This document shows, one piece after another, positions 18,355 through 28,931 of a stretch of 64,000 bases of DNA. The stretch is taken from positions 2,048,001-2,112,000 of the forward strand of contig OY764265.1 in NCBI GenBank assembly GCA_963668355.1, given 5' to 3'. The notes under the pieces were generated by a model that worked only from the letters and a program-made list of their open reading frames with translations, was not told the DNA's origin and made no database searches. The number at the start of each line of letters is the position of its first letter. Position 1 is the first letter of the stretch. The translations under genes and the position numbers were made by a program. This DNA comes from Bdellovibrionota bacterium (GTDB taxonomy: Bacteria; Bdellovibrionota_G; JALEGL01; DATDPG01).

Positions 18355-19644
18355 CTAAGAAGAAAGGCTTTTGGTGATCAGCGCGGGGAGTTGAAGAGGT
18401 GCGACTGAAATGCGGACCTTCCATCCATTTCCGGGAGCCACTTCAATCCGATTTCCTTTTTGATCCAAGAGCTCATCCACAAGAAGGTTTTGTGAAGTCT
18501 TTGGAGAGATGATTTCGATTCGATCTCCCTTTTCAAAGCGATTTTTCACGTCGATGGTCGCCAACCCACGAGATGAGTCGTAGTCTATAACCTCCCCCAC
18601 AAAAACGTGCGATTGAGGTGTGGAGGCGCTGGAGCTATACGCCTGGAAATCAGCGTGTGGTTTTCGTTCGTAGAATCCGCCTGTGTATCCACGATTGGCG
18701 AGTTTACCCAAGTCTTGAAAAATCGACGGATCCATGGGTTTCCCAAGTGCGGCGTCGTCAATGGCCTTTCGGTAGGCACGGGCGGTTCGGGCAACATAAT
18801 AGATCGACTTGGTTCGACCTTCGATCTTCAAAGAATCAACCCCAATGTTCATAAGGCGTTCGACATGTTCGAGCGCACACAGATCCCGAGAGTTCATGAT
18901 GTAAGTGCCTTGGTCATCTTCATACATGGTCATGAATTCGCCCGGTCGTTCCTTTTCCTCCAAAAGCCAAGGTTCATCCGCAGCTGAATGGCGAAGGTTC
19001 TGTGCTGGATCTTCTGAAGTGGGGGATGCCTTGACACGATATTCCCATCGACACGCATTTGTGCAGATTCCCTGATTCGCATCTCGGTTGGACATGTAGC
19101 CGGACAATAAACAGCGTCCCGAGTAAGCGACGCAAAGAGCTCCATGAACAAAAACCTCTAACTCCATATCTGGACAAGCTTGTCGAATTTCTTCTACTTC
19201 ACTTAGCGTGAGTTCTCGGGAAAGAATGATTCTTTTAAGTCCTTGCTTTTGCCAAAACTTCACAGAAGCCGCGTTCACGGTGTTGGATTGTACGGACAGA
19301 TGGATGGGCAGTTCAGGCCATTCTTCTCGGACCATCATAATAAGGCCAGGATCAGCCATGATCATGGCATCGGGTTTTAGCTCCACAAACGGTTTAACAT
19401 CTTTCATGAAGCTTCGAAGTTTTGAACCATGAGGGAAAAGATTACAGGTTAGAAAAAACAATTTCCCCAACTCATGAGCGCGAACGATTCCTTTTTGAAT
19501 ATTGTTACGATCAAATGTGTTGTTCCGAGCCCGAAGGCTATAGCGAGGAAGGCCCGCGTAGACTGCATCTGCACCGAAGGCAAATGCATACTCCATGTGG
19601 GCGGGTGTTCCGGCAGGAGAAAGTAGTTCTGGTTTTTTGATCAT
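18355..19644 (-). CDS. trhP: tRNA 5-hydroxyuridine modification protein, U32 family (YegQ)
   Basis: KPELLSPAG, GADAVYAG, EVFVHGALCVAYSGRCLLS, NQGICTNACRW, SLKIEGRTKS. Confidence 0.9.
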   Translation of the reverse strand: MIKKPELLSPAGTPAHMEYAFAFGADAVYAGLPRYSLRARNNTFDRNNIQKGIVRAHELGKLFFLTCNLFPHGSKLRSFMKDVKPFVELKPDAMIMADPGLIMMVREEWPELPIHLSVQSNTVNAASVKFWQKQGLKRIILSRELTLSEVEEIRQACPDMELEVFVHGALCVAYSGRCLLSGYMSNRDANQGICTNACRWEYRVKASPTSEDPAQNLRHSAADEPWLLEEKERPGEFMTMYEDDQGTYIMNSRDLCALEHVERLMNIGVDSLKIEGRTKSIYYVARTARAYRKAIDDAALGKPMDPSIFQDLGKLANRGYTGGFYERKPHADFQAYSSSASTPQSHVFVGEVIDYDSSRGLATIDVKNRFEKGDRIEIISPKTSQNLLVDELLDQKGNRIEVAPGNGWKVRISVAPLQLPALITKSLSS

Positions 19645-19687
19645 GAGGTGTAGAAAGTCCTATCAGAGCCAGAAAGGGGATTCCAGT

Positions 19688-22447
19688 TTACGGTAAAATG
19701 AGTTGGAGCATGTCCAGTCTAAGTTCTGCTTTTTCACTGGTTTCCAAAAGGGCGCGCTTCCGATCTTTAAAGAATTGAATTTCTTCCTCCCGGACTAAAT
19801 CATTTTTTTCTCTTAGGTTTTTCAACCTTTGAATTTCGTCTTCCATGGCTTTTTTCATTTTGATTTCGAGGTCAAGGCGTGTCTCTTTAGCTTCGACCTC
19901 GGCTAGTTCTTTGGCCCGAGAAAAAAGCGCTTTTAATGCGGATTGGGGAACTTTCTTAATTTCTTGGATTCGTTGCTTGGGAGCCGCACGTAGCGCGTGA
20001 TGTAGTTTCGTGCGTGGCCAGTTTGGCGTGATGCTTTCCCCCCGAGCATCTAAGACCACACGAAAAAGGGTTGGAGGAAAAAACTCATGCGGGTGATGAT
20101 GCTTGGGGCCCACAAAATTTAGAATGAATTGAGCTTCCAGTGCAGGGGGTTGATTCAAAGGTCGTTTTTTCCAGGTTGAGACAGCGGTGTTTCCCAATTC
20201 CTGACCAAGAATGAAGTCGAAAATTCCCTGAATCATGGGATGGTCCCACGACATGAGGTGCACGTCTTCTCGCTTGAGGGCGAGTTCCCGATTGCACGTG
20301 AACTGGAGTCCCTGAGAAGGAAGTTCGGGAAAATGCTCTACGTACATATGGTCGCTGGGCTGGATGAAGGTGGTGTCTTCCGTGAGCTCTTCTTCGCTGA
20401 CGCCCATGGCATCAAAAACAGAAGATAAAAAGGCTTTGAGTGTTTCAGGCCGCTCAGTATCGTGAATCGTTTTTAGAAGAGCGGCTGATTTTTCCTTGTC
20501 AAAAGAATTGATTTCAGAAAGCCGATCTCTTCCTTCTTCTACCATTTTCTTAGCTTTTTGGTATTCGACTTTGGTTTCTTCAATCAGTTCATCGAGGATC
20601 GTTTGATGATCCGATGAGGCATTGTAGTTATCTCGGATGAAATCGATTTTTGTTTCCAATCTTTCGGCGACGACGCGAGCTCCCTTAGGAATTTCTTGAA
20701 ATGCATTGAATCCTTCGTGAACCCAACGAAACCATGCTTCTTCTTTGGAGGAACGTATGAAAGGAATATGGATGTTGATGTTGTCCGCTTGGCCAATTCG
20801 ATCGAGACGTCCAATGCGTTGTTCCAAAAGATCCAAATCAGGTGGCAGGTCAAATAAGACCAAGTCTTGAGAAAATTGAAAGTTGCGACCTTCGCTTCCG
20901 ATTTCCGAACAAAGCAGGACCTGGGCACCTTCCGGATCTGCAAAATAGGTTGCATTTCGATCTCGTTCCATGAGGGTTAGATCACTGTGGAAAGCAGCTA
21001 CCTTGATGGAAGGCGTTTCTCGCATTTTTTCCTGAATCGTCAGAACCGTTTCTTTATCGTGACAAATGAGAAGAACTTTCTTCTCTTTTTTCGATTTGAG
21101 AAAATCAACCAACCAGGCATGCTTTGTCGTTAAGTCGTCTGTGTCCTGAGGATCCAGGGGATAAGGTAAGGCGGATCTCTGGGGAAAAGAAAGCTCAGCA
21201 GAAGCAGCGGAAGCTCGTGAATTTCGGAACAATACGCGACCCGTTCCGAAACGATCGACAAGCTCTTGGATGAGTTGACGTTGACCATCCTCCGATTCTA
21301 GGGAGTTCGCGATACGTGTTTGAAGGATCTTTTCAATCTCCAAGGCGAGACTTTCGAGATCTTTCTTCTCAAGACCGGAGCAATTTAAGATTCGATCAGC
21401 CAGCTTCACAACAGATTGGTACGCCTCAGCTTCTCTTTGAAATTCCTCGTAAGAATGAAAGCGATTGGCATCCAGAAGGTGAAGTCGAGCGAAATGACCT
21501 TCGGGACCAAGTTGCTCCGGAGTTGCAGTTAAGAGGAGGAGACCGGGAACGCGTGCGGCAAGGTTCTCGATGAGTTCAAATTCAGGACTGACCTTCTCCG
21601 GCGTCCATTTGAGCCGGTGGGCTTCGTCGACGATGAGAAGGTCCCAAGGGGAGCTAAGAGCGGATTGTCTGGCGGGCTCGAAATTCGATAGCAGGTCCAG
21701 ACTCATGATATGCGTTTGTTTTTCTTCAAAAGGGTTCTGGTCGTTTTCAAAATCTGATGGTGTGCTCAAGACTCCAAAGGAAAGATTAAACCGGCGGTAC
21801 ATTTCCACAAACCACTGGTGGGTCAAGGAATGAGGTACGACAATCAATACGCGAGATGCTTTTCCGGTCAAAAGAAGACGATGGAGAATGAATCCGGCCT
21901 CGATCGTTTTCCCCAGTCCCACTTCGTCGGCCAAAAGAACGCGAGGAAACGCTCGTTTTGTGACTTCGGAAGCAACATATAGCTGATGGGGTAGAAGTGC
22001 AGCTCGAGGTCCCATAAAACCCACGGCCTTGGACCCTAGAATGGAATGTTGGAGAAGGAGGGCTTTTTGTCGCAGTTGATAGAGCGACCAAGGATCGACG
22101 GTGCCGTTGAGAAGACGGTCTTCCGGACGACTAAAACTCAACTCGGTCGCCAACTGACTTTCGGGAATGGTTTTTCCCTCTCCCATATAAATGGTGAGTC
22201 CATCCACCACTTCGATATGTTCTACATGAAGACGTTCTCCAGATTGCGTGGAAATTCGGTCTCCCACTTTGAACTGGACGCGTTGAATGGGCGCCATGGA
22301 CATTCCGTACGTTCGCATTTTTCCACTTGCTGGAAAGAGAATGGAGATCGTACGGGCCTGAAGTTCTGAGATGAACCCAAGTCCAAGCTCGGGCTCGGCT
22401 TGGCTCATCCAGCATTGTCCAATGGCCATTTGAGGTTTCATATTCAA
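19688..22447 (-). CDS. rapA: RNA polymerase-associated SNF2-family ATPase RapA
   Basis: GQCWMSQAEPELGLG, LLADEVGLGKT, DEAH, LLTATPEQLG, SEIGSEGRNFQF, EQRIGRLDRIGQ. Confidence 0.95.
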   Translation of the reverse strand: MNMKPQMAIGQCWMSQAEPELGLGFISELQARTISILFPASGKMRTYGMSMAPIQRVQFKVGDRISTQSGERLHVEHIEVVDGLTIYMGEGKTIPESQLATELSFSRPEDRLLNGTVDPWSLYQLRQKALLLQHSILGSKAVGFMGPRAALLPHQLYVASEVTKRAFPRVLLADEVGLGKTIEAGFILHRLLLTGKASRVLIVVPHSLTHQWFVEMYRRFNLSFGVLSTPSDFENDQNPFEEKQTHIMSLDLLSNFEPARQSALSSPWDLLIVDEAHRLKWTPEKVSPEFELIENLAARVPGLLLLTATPEQLGPEGHFARLHLLDANRFHSYEEFQREAEAYQSVVKLADRILNCSGLEKKDLESLALEIEKILQTRIANSLESEDGQRQLIQELVDRFGTGRVLFRNSRASAASAELSFPQRSALPYPLDPQDTDDLTTKHAWLVDFLKSKKEKKVLLICHDKETVLTIQEKMRETPSIKVAAFHSDLTLMERDRNATYFADPEGAQVLLCSEIGSEGRNFQFSQDLVLFDLPPDLDLLEQRIGRLDRIGQADNINIHIPFIRSSKEEAWFRWVHEGFNAFQEIPKGARVVAERLETKIDFIRDNYNASSDHQTILDELIEETKVEYQKAKKMVEEGRDRLSEINSFDKEKSAALLKTIHDTERPETLKAFLSSVFDAMGVSEEELTEDTTFIQPSDHMYVEHFPELPSQGLQFTCNRELALKREDVHLMSWDHPMIQGIFDFILGQELGNTAVSTWKKRPLNQPPALEAQFILNFVGPKHHHPHEFFPPTLFRVVLDARGESITPNWPRTKLHHALRAAPKQRIQEIKKVPQSALKALFSRAKELAEVEAKETRLDLEIKMKKAMEDEIQRLKNLREKNDLVREEEIQFFKDRKRALLETSEKAELRLDMLQLILP

Positions 22448-22554
22448 TTCGTATTCAAAAAGTTTGGCCTTCTAACACACCTCTTCCCTTTCTAAAAGGG
22501 GTCAGGTCCCCTTTTAGATATTCTTTCTGTGATTGGTTTTGCGACGGAAGTTGT

Positions 22555-23451
22555 TCAGAAGTTGGGGGCTTTTCCCGTAATTCGTTCGAAAGCCTCCAAA
22601 TACTTTTCTCCGGTCTTTTGAACAATTTCCACAGGTAGTTCAGGACCCGGAGGTTGTTTGTCGAATTTGATTTCCTCGAGAAAGTCCCGAACAAATTGCT
22701 TGTCAAAGGAAGGAGGGGAAATCCCTTCTTTGTATTGGTCTTGGGGCCAATAGCGGGATGAGTCGGGTGTGAGAACTTCATCGATCAGAACGATCTCTCC
22801 ATCAATGAGACCAAACTCAAATTTCGTATCCGCTAGAATCAGTCCCTTGGTTTCCGCAAAATCGGCACCTTTCTTATAAATGGAAAGTGTGATTTCTCTT
22901 AGGGCCTGGGCCTTTTCCGCCCCGACCGTTTGAACCATGGTCTCAAAATCAATATTTTCATCATGGTCACCCATTTTAGCTTTTGTTGCGGGAGTGAAAA
23001 TCGGGGTTTCAAATTTGGCGGCCTGCTTTAAGCCTTCAGGTAATTGAATTCCACATACGGAACCCGTTTTTTGATAGTCTTTCCAGCCGCTTCCAATGAT
23101 GTATCCACGTGCGACACATTCCACAGGGAAGGGGTTGGCTTTTTTTACCAGCATGGATCGATCTCGAAGTTGGTCTTTGTAAGGAGAAATTTCTTCAGGC
23201 ATTTCGTCCACATCACAGGTGATCATGTGGTGGTTTACCTTAAGAAAATTGAACCAGAACTCGGAAAGCCGGTTTAAAACTTTCCCTTTAAACGGAATTC
23301 CATTGGGCATGACGACATCGAAGGCGCTGATTCGATCGGTGGTCACAATGAGAAGATGCTTACCGACATCGTAAATGTCTCGTACCTTACCCCGTGAGAC
23401 TCGGTTCAATGTTGGGCAGTTGGACTCCCATAAAATGGCTTCTTGATTCAT
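22555..23451 (-). CDS. purC: SAICAR synthetase
   Basis: RGKVRDIY, TDRISAFD, DTKFEFG, DEVLTPDSSRYW, SFDKQFVRD. Confidence 0.97.
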   Translation of the reverse strand: MNQEAILWESNCPTLNRVSRGKVRDIYDVGKHLLIVTTDRISAFDVVMPNGIPFKGKVLNRLSEFWFNFLKVNHHMITCDVDEMPEEISPYKDQLRDRSMLVKKANPFPVECVARGYIIGSGWKDYQKTGSVCGIQLPEGLKQAAKFETPIFTPATKAKMGDHDENIDFETMVQTVGAEKAQALREITLSIYKKGADFAETKGLILADTKFEFGLIDGEIVLIDEVLTPDSSRYWPQDQYKEGISPPSFDKQFVRDFLEEIKFDKQPPGPELPVEIVQKTGEKYLEAFERITGKAPNF

Positions 23452-23617
23452 TCAATATCTCCCAGGAATTCGAATTTTTTTGAAGCGTGATCAAACCCAA
23501 AGCGCTAGCAAATGTCCACCCGTTTTCCGAATGGATACGCCGTTTTAGGAGGCCTTTTGAGAAATTTGACGCATATGCAGCATTTTGATATTTAAAGATC
23601 CGTTAAAGGGGGAAATC

Positions 23618-24943
23618 ATGAAACACATTCACCGTTCGTGGTGTGCTTTCTTGGCTTTGACATGTGCGTGTGTCATGGCCTTTCCGATGCCTGCTCGTTC
23701 TCAGGCTGCGAGGAACTACATCCAACTGGCTCAGGAAGCGGCCCCGGTGGCTCGAAACTTGGCGCCGGTGGTTTTAACGATTCTTCCGGCCGCCTATGGA
23801 ACGGTTGAAGTGACAGCCCTCGCGACGGCTGGAGGTTTGTTGGCGACGGGGTGGGTTGCCTTACCCATCATGGCTGTAGGCGCCTTGGTCATTGCCATCG
23901 TTTTACCCTCTCCCGATCCTCCACCTCTACGACTCGATTTGAATACGTTTCCCTACCCTCCAGGGTATTTTGATGAAGTTCCCATGTTGTTGATTATGCC
24001 GGATGGAAGCATGGTGTGGAAAAATGAAGAAGGGGGCGTTAAGCCCGTGGATCGCGTTCTAGATATCACGCCAAGTTTCATGTTCGATCTCAAAGGAAAT
24101 CTGGGCGTTCCGTTGGCGCAAGATGCATTTCCCTCCTTGGATATGCATGATTGGTTAATCGATCCTCAAGAGAATTTTGAAATATTGGCCTACCTGGATT
24201 CCAAAGCCCAAAAATCGTCTTCCGCGGTAAAAGAGGCCGAAAAAGATGAAGGGGCAAAGGAAGAAACGGATGACGAGAATGAACTCGTGGTTCGATATGG
24301 CATCTGGAGTTTATCCATCCGATCCGATTGGCTTGAGATGGCTTTTCTTTCGCTGACGAGCACAGACCAGACTCGGTTGGGGGATAATTATTTTCGTTTG
24401 AATGAACTGGTCAAGAAGTTGACCCGCATTTATCAACAGAGCCCCTCGGACGAGTTTGGGAGAAGAAGAGTCATGGGGGATATTATTGAAACCTCCAGAC
24501 AGATTCGAATGCAAACCAAATTTCTGGTGGAGTCCGATTTGGCGGTGAACACCCTTTGGTACGAACTGGAAAATTTTGAGAGAGCCATTGAGAACTTTCC
24601 CCCTGAGAAACCGAATCCACACGAATACGTAAAAGCCTCGGTGGATTATTTTTGGATCCGCCTTCAACTTTTTACGAAAATGATGGTCTGGGCCACGGTG
24701 GGAGCGGATGAGGAAACGGTGGGCGTGATGCATCGCTGGCTGGGGGAAGTCACGGCCATATATAATGATATTCGTTCTTCGCAGGGCCCTCCTTGGGTGC
24801 TGCTTGCAAAAGTAAATGAAGTTTGGGCGCCAGCCCTCCTTAAGGTGACGGAAAAGACAGAGTCTCGAGTTCCGTTTGAATGTGACACGCTGAACCGACT
24901 TTTGGAGGAATATATAAGCTTTGTTCGCCCGTATGTTCGGTGA
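23618..24943 (+). CDS. Hypothetical exported protein with hydrophobic hairpin and helical C-terminus
   Basis: Long ORF with signal peptide; no recognised family. Confidence 0.6.
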   Translation: MKHIHRSWCAFLALTCACVMAFPMPARSQAARNYIQLAQEAAPVARNLAPVVLTILPAAYGTVEVTALATAGGLLATGWVALPIMAVGALVIAIVLPSPDPPPLRLDLNTFPYPPGYFDEVPMLLIMPDGSMVWKNEEGGVKPVDRVLDITPSFMFDLKGNLGVPLAQDAFPSLDMHDWLIDPQENFEILAYLDSKAQKSSSAVKEAEKDEGAKEETDDENELVVRYGIWSLSIRSDWLEMAFLSLTSTDQTRLGDNYFRLNELVKKLTRIYQQSPSDEFGRRRVMGDIIETSRQIRMQTKFLVESDLAVNTLWYELENFERAIENFPPEKPNPHEYVKASVDYFWIRLQLFTKMMVWATVGADEETVGVMHRWLGEVTAIYNDIRSSQGPPWVLLAKVNEVWAPALLKVTEKTESRVPFECDTLNRLLEEYISFVRPYVR

Positions 24944-24987
24944 TTAAATTTTTGGTGGTTTCGTTGTAAAGTGTCCAGGCAGCGAAG

Positions 24988-25419
24988 ATGTCTAGACCTC
25001 AATTGGAAATATTCGATCGTCGAGCGGAGAAACGACGAGAAACTTCGAAAATCATGAAGCAACTCCGAAAGGATGCGGAGCGCATCGCGAAGCATTTTCA
25101 TCTGAATTATAAAGAGCTAAAAGCCGAACGTGGCGATGTCTTGGGACATTATGGCGTGTGTTACAGCGACGGGACTATCCGAATTCGGCTGCGCCACGCG
25201 GTTTCGGGAAAGCCCCTTCGATATTCGAGTTTGATTGATACGCTTTGTCATGAATTGGCGCATCTGAAATACTTTAATCATGGTGAGTCATTCAAACGGT
25301 TTCATCTCTCCATTCTCACGTATGCTCGGCAAACGGGGATTTATCGCCCCAAGAAACCCAAAGTGAAGAATTTTGATGCTTCCCAAACTGCCTCTCAAGG
25401 TTCCTTGTTCAATCCTTGA
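24988..25419 (+). CDS. Small zinc metallopeptidase (WLM/SprT/YgjP-like)
   Basis: IRIRLR...TLCHELAHLKYFNHGESF. Confidence 0.8.
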   Translation: MSRPQLEIFDRRAEKRRETSKIMKQLRKDAERIAKHFHLNYKELKAERGDVLGHYGVCYSDGTIRIRLRHAVSGKPLRYSSLIDTLCHELAHLKYFNHGESFKRFHLSILTYARQTGIYRPKKPKVKNFDASQTASQGSLFNP

Positions 25420-25483
25420 TCTGCCAGATTTCTTGAAAAAGAAAGGAATAGTGGATACAGGGGCTCCAAAATAGGAGAAACGA

Positions 25484-26686
25484 ATGACGAAAACTGCCGA
25501 ACTGATTGAGTTGAATGAAACCTATGGTGCACATAACTATCATCCATTACCTGTCGTATTGTCAGAAGGACAAGGCGTTTGGGTTACGGATGTTGAAGGT
25601 AAGAAATATTTAGACTTTTTGTCGGCTTACTCTGCGGTTAATCAAGGACACCGTCATCCAAAAATCATTGAGGCTCTGGTGAAGCAGGCCAATAAGCTGA
25701 CACTGACCTCACGCGCTTTTCACAATGATCAATTGGGTGCGTTCTTAAAGCGTCTTTGTGAGTACACGGGTTTTGAAATGGCTCTTCCCATGAATACTGG
25801 GGCGGAGGCTGTTGAAACGTCAATCAAAATGGCTCGTCGGTGGGGGACGGAAGTCAAAGGCATAGAAAATGGGAAACAGGAAATCATTGTTTGTGCCGAA
25901 AATTTTCATGGAAGGACGTCCACCATCATATCGTTCTCTTGCGATTCGGAAGCGAAAGACGGCTATGGACCCTACGCCACTGGTTTTGTGACGATTCCTT
26001 TCGGGGATGCTAAGGCGCTTAAGGAGGCCATTTCGGAAAACACCTGTGCCTTCCTCATGGAACCGATCCAAGGAGAAGCTGGGGTAAATGTTCCTCCAGA
26101 AGGATATTTGAAAGAGGTTCGGAAAATTTGTACCGAGAACAACTTGCTTTGGATTGCAGATGAAGTTCAAACCGGCTTCGCTCGATGCGGGGCCAAATTT
26201 GCCTGTGATCTAGAACAGGTGCGCCCGGACGCTTTTTGTCTGGGAAAAGCCCTGGGTGGGGGAGTCTTCCCGGTATCTGCTGTGGTTGCTGACAAAAAGA
26301 TCATGAATGTGTTCACGCCAAACTCTCATGGATCGACTTTTGGGGGTAATCCTTTGGCATGTGCTGTGGCGATGGCTTCAATCGATGTGTTAGAGGAAGA
26401 AAACTTGGTTTCTCGAGCCCTTGAATTGGGTCAATATCTTCGAGAGGAATTAAGCAAGATTGATTGTAAGAAAATCGTGCAGATTCGAGGACGTGGTTTG
26501 CTGAATGCCGTTGTTTTCGAAAAAGATTTTCAAGCCTGGGACACGTGTGTGGCTCTTAAGGAGAAGGGGTTGCTCGCAAAACAAACGCATGGAAACATCA
26601 TTCGTTTTGCGCCTCCACTCGTGATTTCCAAGGATGAACTGGACCAAGCGTTGAAGATCATACGAGACGTATTTGAAGCCATTTAG
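25484..26686 (+). CDS. rocD: Ornithine--oxo-acid aminotransferase
   Basis: GAHNYHPLPVV, DFLSAYSAVNQGH, MNTGAEAVET, EPIQGEAG, LGKALGGG. Confidence 0.95.
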   Translation: MTKTAELIELNETYGAHNYHPLPVVLSEGQGVWVTDVEGKKYLDFLSAYSAVNQGHRHPKIIEALVKQANKLTLTSRAFHNDQLGAFLKRLCEYTGFEMALPMNTGAEAVETSIKMARRWGTEVKGIENGKQEIIVCAENFHGRTSTIISFSCDSEAKDGYGPYATGFVTIPFGDAKALKEAISENTCAFLMEPIQGEAGVNVPPEGYLKEVRKICTENNLLWIADEVQTGFARCGAKFACDLEQVRPDAFCLGKALGGGVFPVSAVVADKKIMNVFTPNSHGSTFGGNPLACAVAMASIDVLEEENLVSRALELGQYLREELSKIDCKKIVQIRGRGLLNAVVFEKDFQAWDTCVALKEKGLLAKQTHGNIIRFAPPLVISKDELDQALKIIRDVFEAI

Positions 26687-26742
26687 AAGCTTCAAAAAAC
26701 AATCGTTATCAACGAATTTTCGCGGACCAAAATCGAAAAAAT

Positions 26743-27261
26743 TTACAAAGCCGGGGATGCGTATGCAGCTTTTGCCGAACGCATTTCGTATAGGCGATGA
26801 CCAAGACACAAAACGGGTGTCCATATCATGTTGCCCAGCAACGTCATTTTGAAAAAGGGCAGGGCCATCAGGTAACATTGAAAGAGGCCCTCTAGTGTTG
26901 GCGGATACATAAAGCCTTGCATCCACACACCAAAATTGGAAATAAGGTAGAAGAGACACGCTCCCACAAAAGCTGCGATGAAGCTTCCCCCCTTTTTTTG
27001 ACGGAGCCAACGACCTAGAAACATCTGAAGAATGAATGCTCCGTAGACGAAGAGGGAAATGAATCCGAGGAACGGATATCCGTACATTTGAGAAAGTACA
27101 AGATCGCTGACGATCAGAGCTGCCAGCGTTGTGAGAAGCGCCATTTTTTTGGACAGGGTTCGTCCCGATACGATGGCTACGGCCCCCATTGGAGCTAGAT
27201 TGGGAAAATGGGGAATTGCGCGAACAAGCGTGACGAATAAAACGGCGAACAATGATCTCAT
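26743..27261 (-). CDS. Small multi-pass membrane protein (DUF6580-like, ECF S-component-like), probable cobalamin-related transporter
   Basis: RAIPHFPNLAPMGA, LFYLISNFGVW, YPPTLEGL..CY.MALPFF; riboswitch directly upstream. Confidence 0.75.
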   Translation of the reverse strand: MRSLFAVLFVTLVRAIPHFPNLAPMGAVAIVSGRTLSKKMALLTTLAALIVSDLVLSQMYGYPFLGFISLFVYGAFILQMFLGRWLRQKKGGSFIAAFVGACLFYLISNFGVWMQGFMYPPTLEGLFQCYLMALPFFKMTLLGNMIWTPVLCLGHRLYEMRSAKAAYASPAL

Positions 27262-27285
27262 GTTTCTCCTCCTCGGGATTGATCA

Positions 27286-27385
27286 GGTCTAGAGAGTATT
27301 CGGGCTTGTAGAACCTTCCTACTTACCGTTGCGGGACAGCACCGGATTTTCACCGGATTTCCCTCGTCTCGACCCAGATAACTGT
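27286..27385 (-). ncRNA. Cobalamin riboswitch
   Basis: Minus strand reads AGGGAAATCCGGTGAAAATCCGGTGCTGTCCCGCAACGGTAA...AAGCCCGAATAC, the conserved cobalamin riboswitch core. Confidence 0.9.
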
Positions 27386-27561
27386 AATGATTCGATTATT
27401 CCTTTCATGCTTCGAGGGTTCCGTCAAGAGAATGGATGTTTTCAGGTGGAAAGGCGCAAGCGGATTGGAAAAACGCTGAAAAATGACGCAGCTTCAAGGG
27501 GTTATTCATAGATTCGGCACCCCACGAATGAAAAATACCAATAAAAACAAGAGGATAAATT

Positions 27562-27577
27562 TGGCACACAATATGCG
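27562..27577 (+). promoter_or_regulatory. Sigma-54 -24/-12 promoter motif
   Basis: TGGCACACAATATGCG upstream of the 27595 lipoprotein. Confidence 0.6.
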
Positions 27578-27594
27578 GATTAAGATGAGGAGCC

Positions 27595-28914
27595 GTGAAA
27601 AAGAAGGATGGGAAAATGACGAAATTTTTAAATTCTACCCTAGGATTTTTGGGAGCAATCTGCTTGTGCTCCTGCGCAAGCCTTCCCGAAGGGACAAGTG
27701 GTGGATCTTTAAGCTCCACTCGTCCACCTGAAGGTGTGGGAAGTGAAACCGCTCGTTTGGAAGTTCTGGCGGCCAGCCCCATGATGTTTCAGTGCGCTCG
27801 AAATGCAGCCGTAACTCAAATCCTTACGGTGCGAAATTCCGGAGAATCTTTTTTGTCTTTTGTGGCCGAGGCCAGTCATGAAGCCGTGTCGTTAGAACCT
27901 GAAAGCTCCGGTTTGGAATCCGGAGAAGAAATCCTCATTCGAGTTCAGGTGGATTGCTCCCGTTTGGGTGTGGGAAACGTTTTGGAAGAAATCACTTTTT
28001 CAGCAGGTTCAGCTTCGGGGTCTCCTGCTTTTGTAGATCTTCAAATCACCGTTGGTGAAAACGAAGAACTTCCGGATCTCGAAGTGATTTCGAGTTTCGA
28101 AATCCTTAATTGCCTGGATAACGATATCTTTCATGAAACCATCGTCATCAACAATGTAGGAGGAGGGGGAAATATCAACTGGACCGGACAAGTTCTTCCA
28201 GAAGCTTCTTGGCTGATTCACGGCGAATTGGTTGGGACCACTCCAGCGGCTTTGTCTTTCACCGTAGATTGCACAGCCGTGGATTCCGGATCTTATCAGA
28301 CAGACTTTGTTGTGACAGCGAGCGGAGGAGAGGAAGAGCGTGTTACGTTGGGAATAGAAGAGTCGTGGATTGGACATGATCCCGTTGAGCTTCCTGCCGC
28401 CCATGATGGTTCTGTCATGACCTTTGATACACCGTACTATGATGATATTCAGTTCAATGACCAAGGCGAAGATTTGGCTATGGGACTTCAACTTACGGAA
28501 ACCACACGAAGGGAACACCAAATCTTTTTCCGCTTCGATATGTCTCCCTTTGATTTGTCAGAAGTGTCTTCGATTCGACTGAAGTTGAATCTGGATCGAA
28601 GAGTGGTTGACGGAGGTGTCGGATCACCAGAGGATCAGCGGCAAATTTATTTGTGGAATCTTCTGGAAGACTACAGTGTTTTTGACGAGGGGGTATTGGA
28701 TATTGAAACCTATATGCCAGCAGGGGGATTCGCCGCCGACGAGAGCATATCGGAATACGAATTGGAGATTACAGAACTTGTCACTGACGGAATTGCCGCA
28801 TTCAAGCTGAGCATGGTTTCTTACCAGAGTGAGCTAGATGATATTTTTTATCTGATTTCCAGTGAGGCCAACCCAGAACAAGGCCCCAGGCTCTTGATTG
28901 AATTCCAAGAGTAA
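27595..28914 (+). CDS. Lipoprotein with Ig-like (BACON-type) repeats and beta-sandwich C-terminal domain
   Basis: Lipobox CLCSC; LTVRNSG and INNVGGGG.INW repeats; acidic composition. Confidence 0.6.
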   Translation: MKKKDGKMTKFLNSTLGFLGAICLCSCASLPEGTSGGSLSSTRPPEGVGSETARLEVLAASPMMFQCARNAAVTQILTVRNSGESFLSFVAEASHEAVSLEPESSGLESGEEILIRVQVDCSRLGVGNVLEEITFSAGSASGSPAFVDLQITVGENEELPDLEVISSFEILNCLDNDIFHETIVINNVGGGGNINWTGQVLPEASWLIHGELVGTTPAALSFTVDCTAVDSGSYQTDFVVTASGGEEERVTLGIEESWIGHDPVELPAAHDGSVMTFDTPYYDDIQFNDQGEDLAMGLQLTETTRREHQIFFRFDMSPFDLSEVSSIRLKLNLDRRVVDGGVGSPEDQRQIYLWNLLEDYSVFDEGVLDIETYMPAGGFAADESISEYELEITELVTDGIAAFKLSMVSYQSELDDIFYLISSEANPEQGPRLLIEFQE

Positions 28915-28931
28915 AGGATCTGTTGAGTAAA

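Noticed and set aside
19688..22447. SNF2 helicase as a defence-system component
   Set aside because: Full RapA signature and housekeeping context
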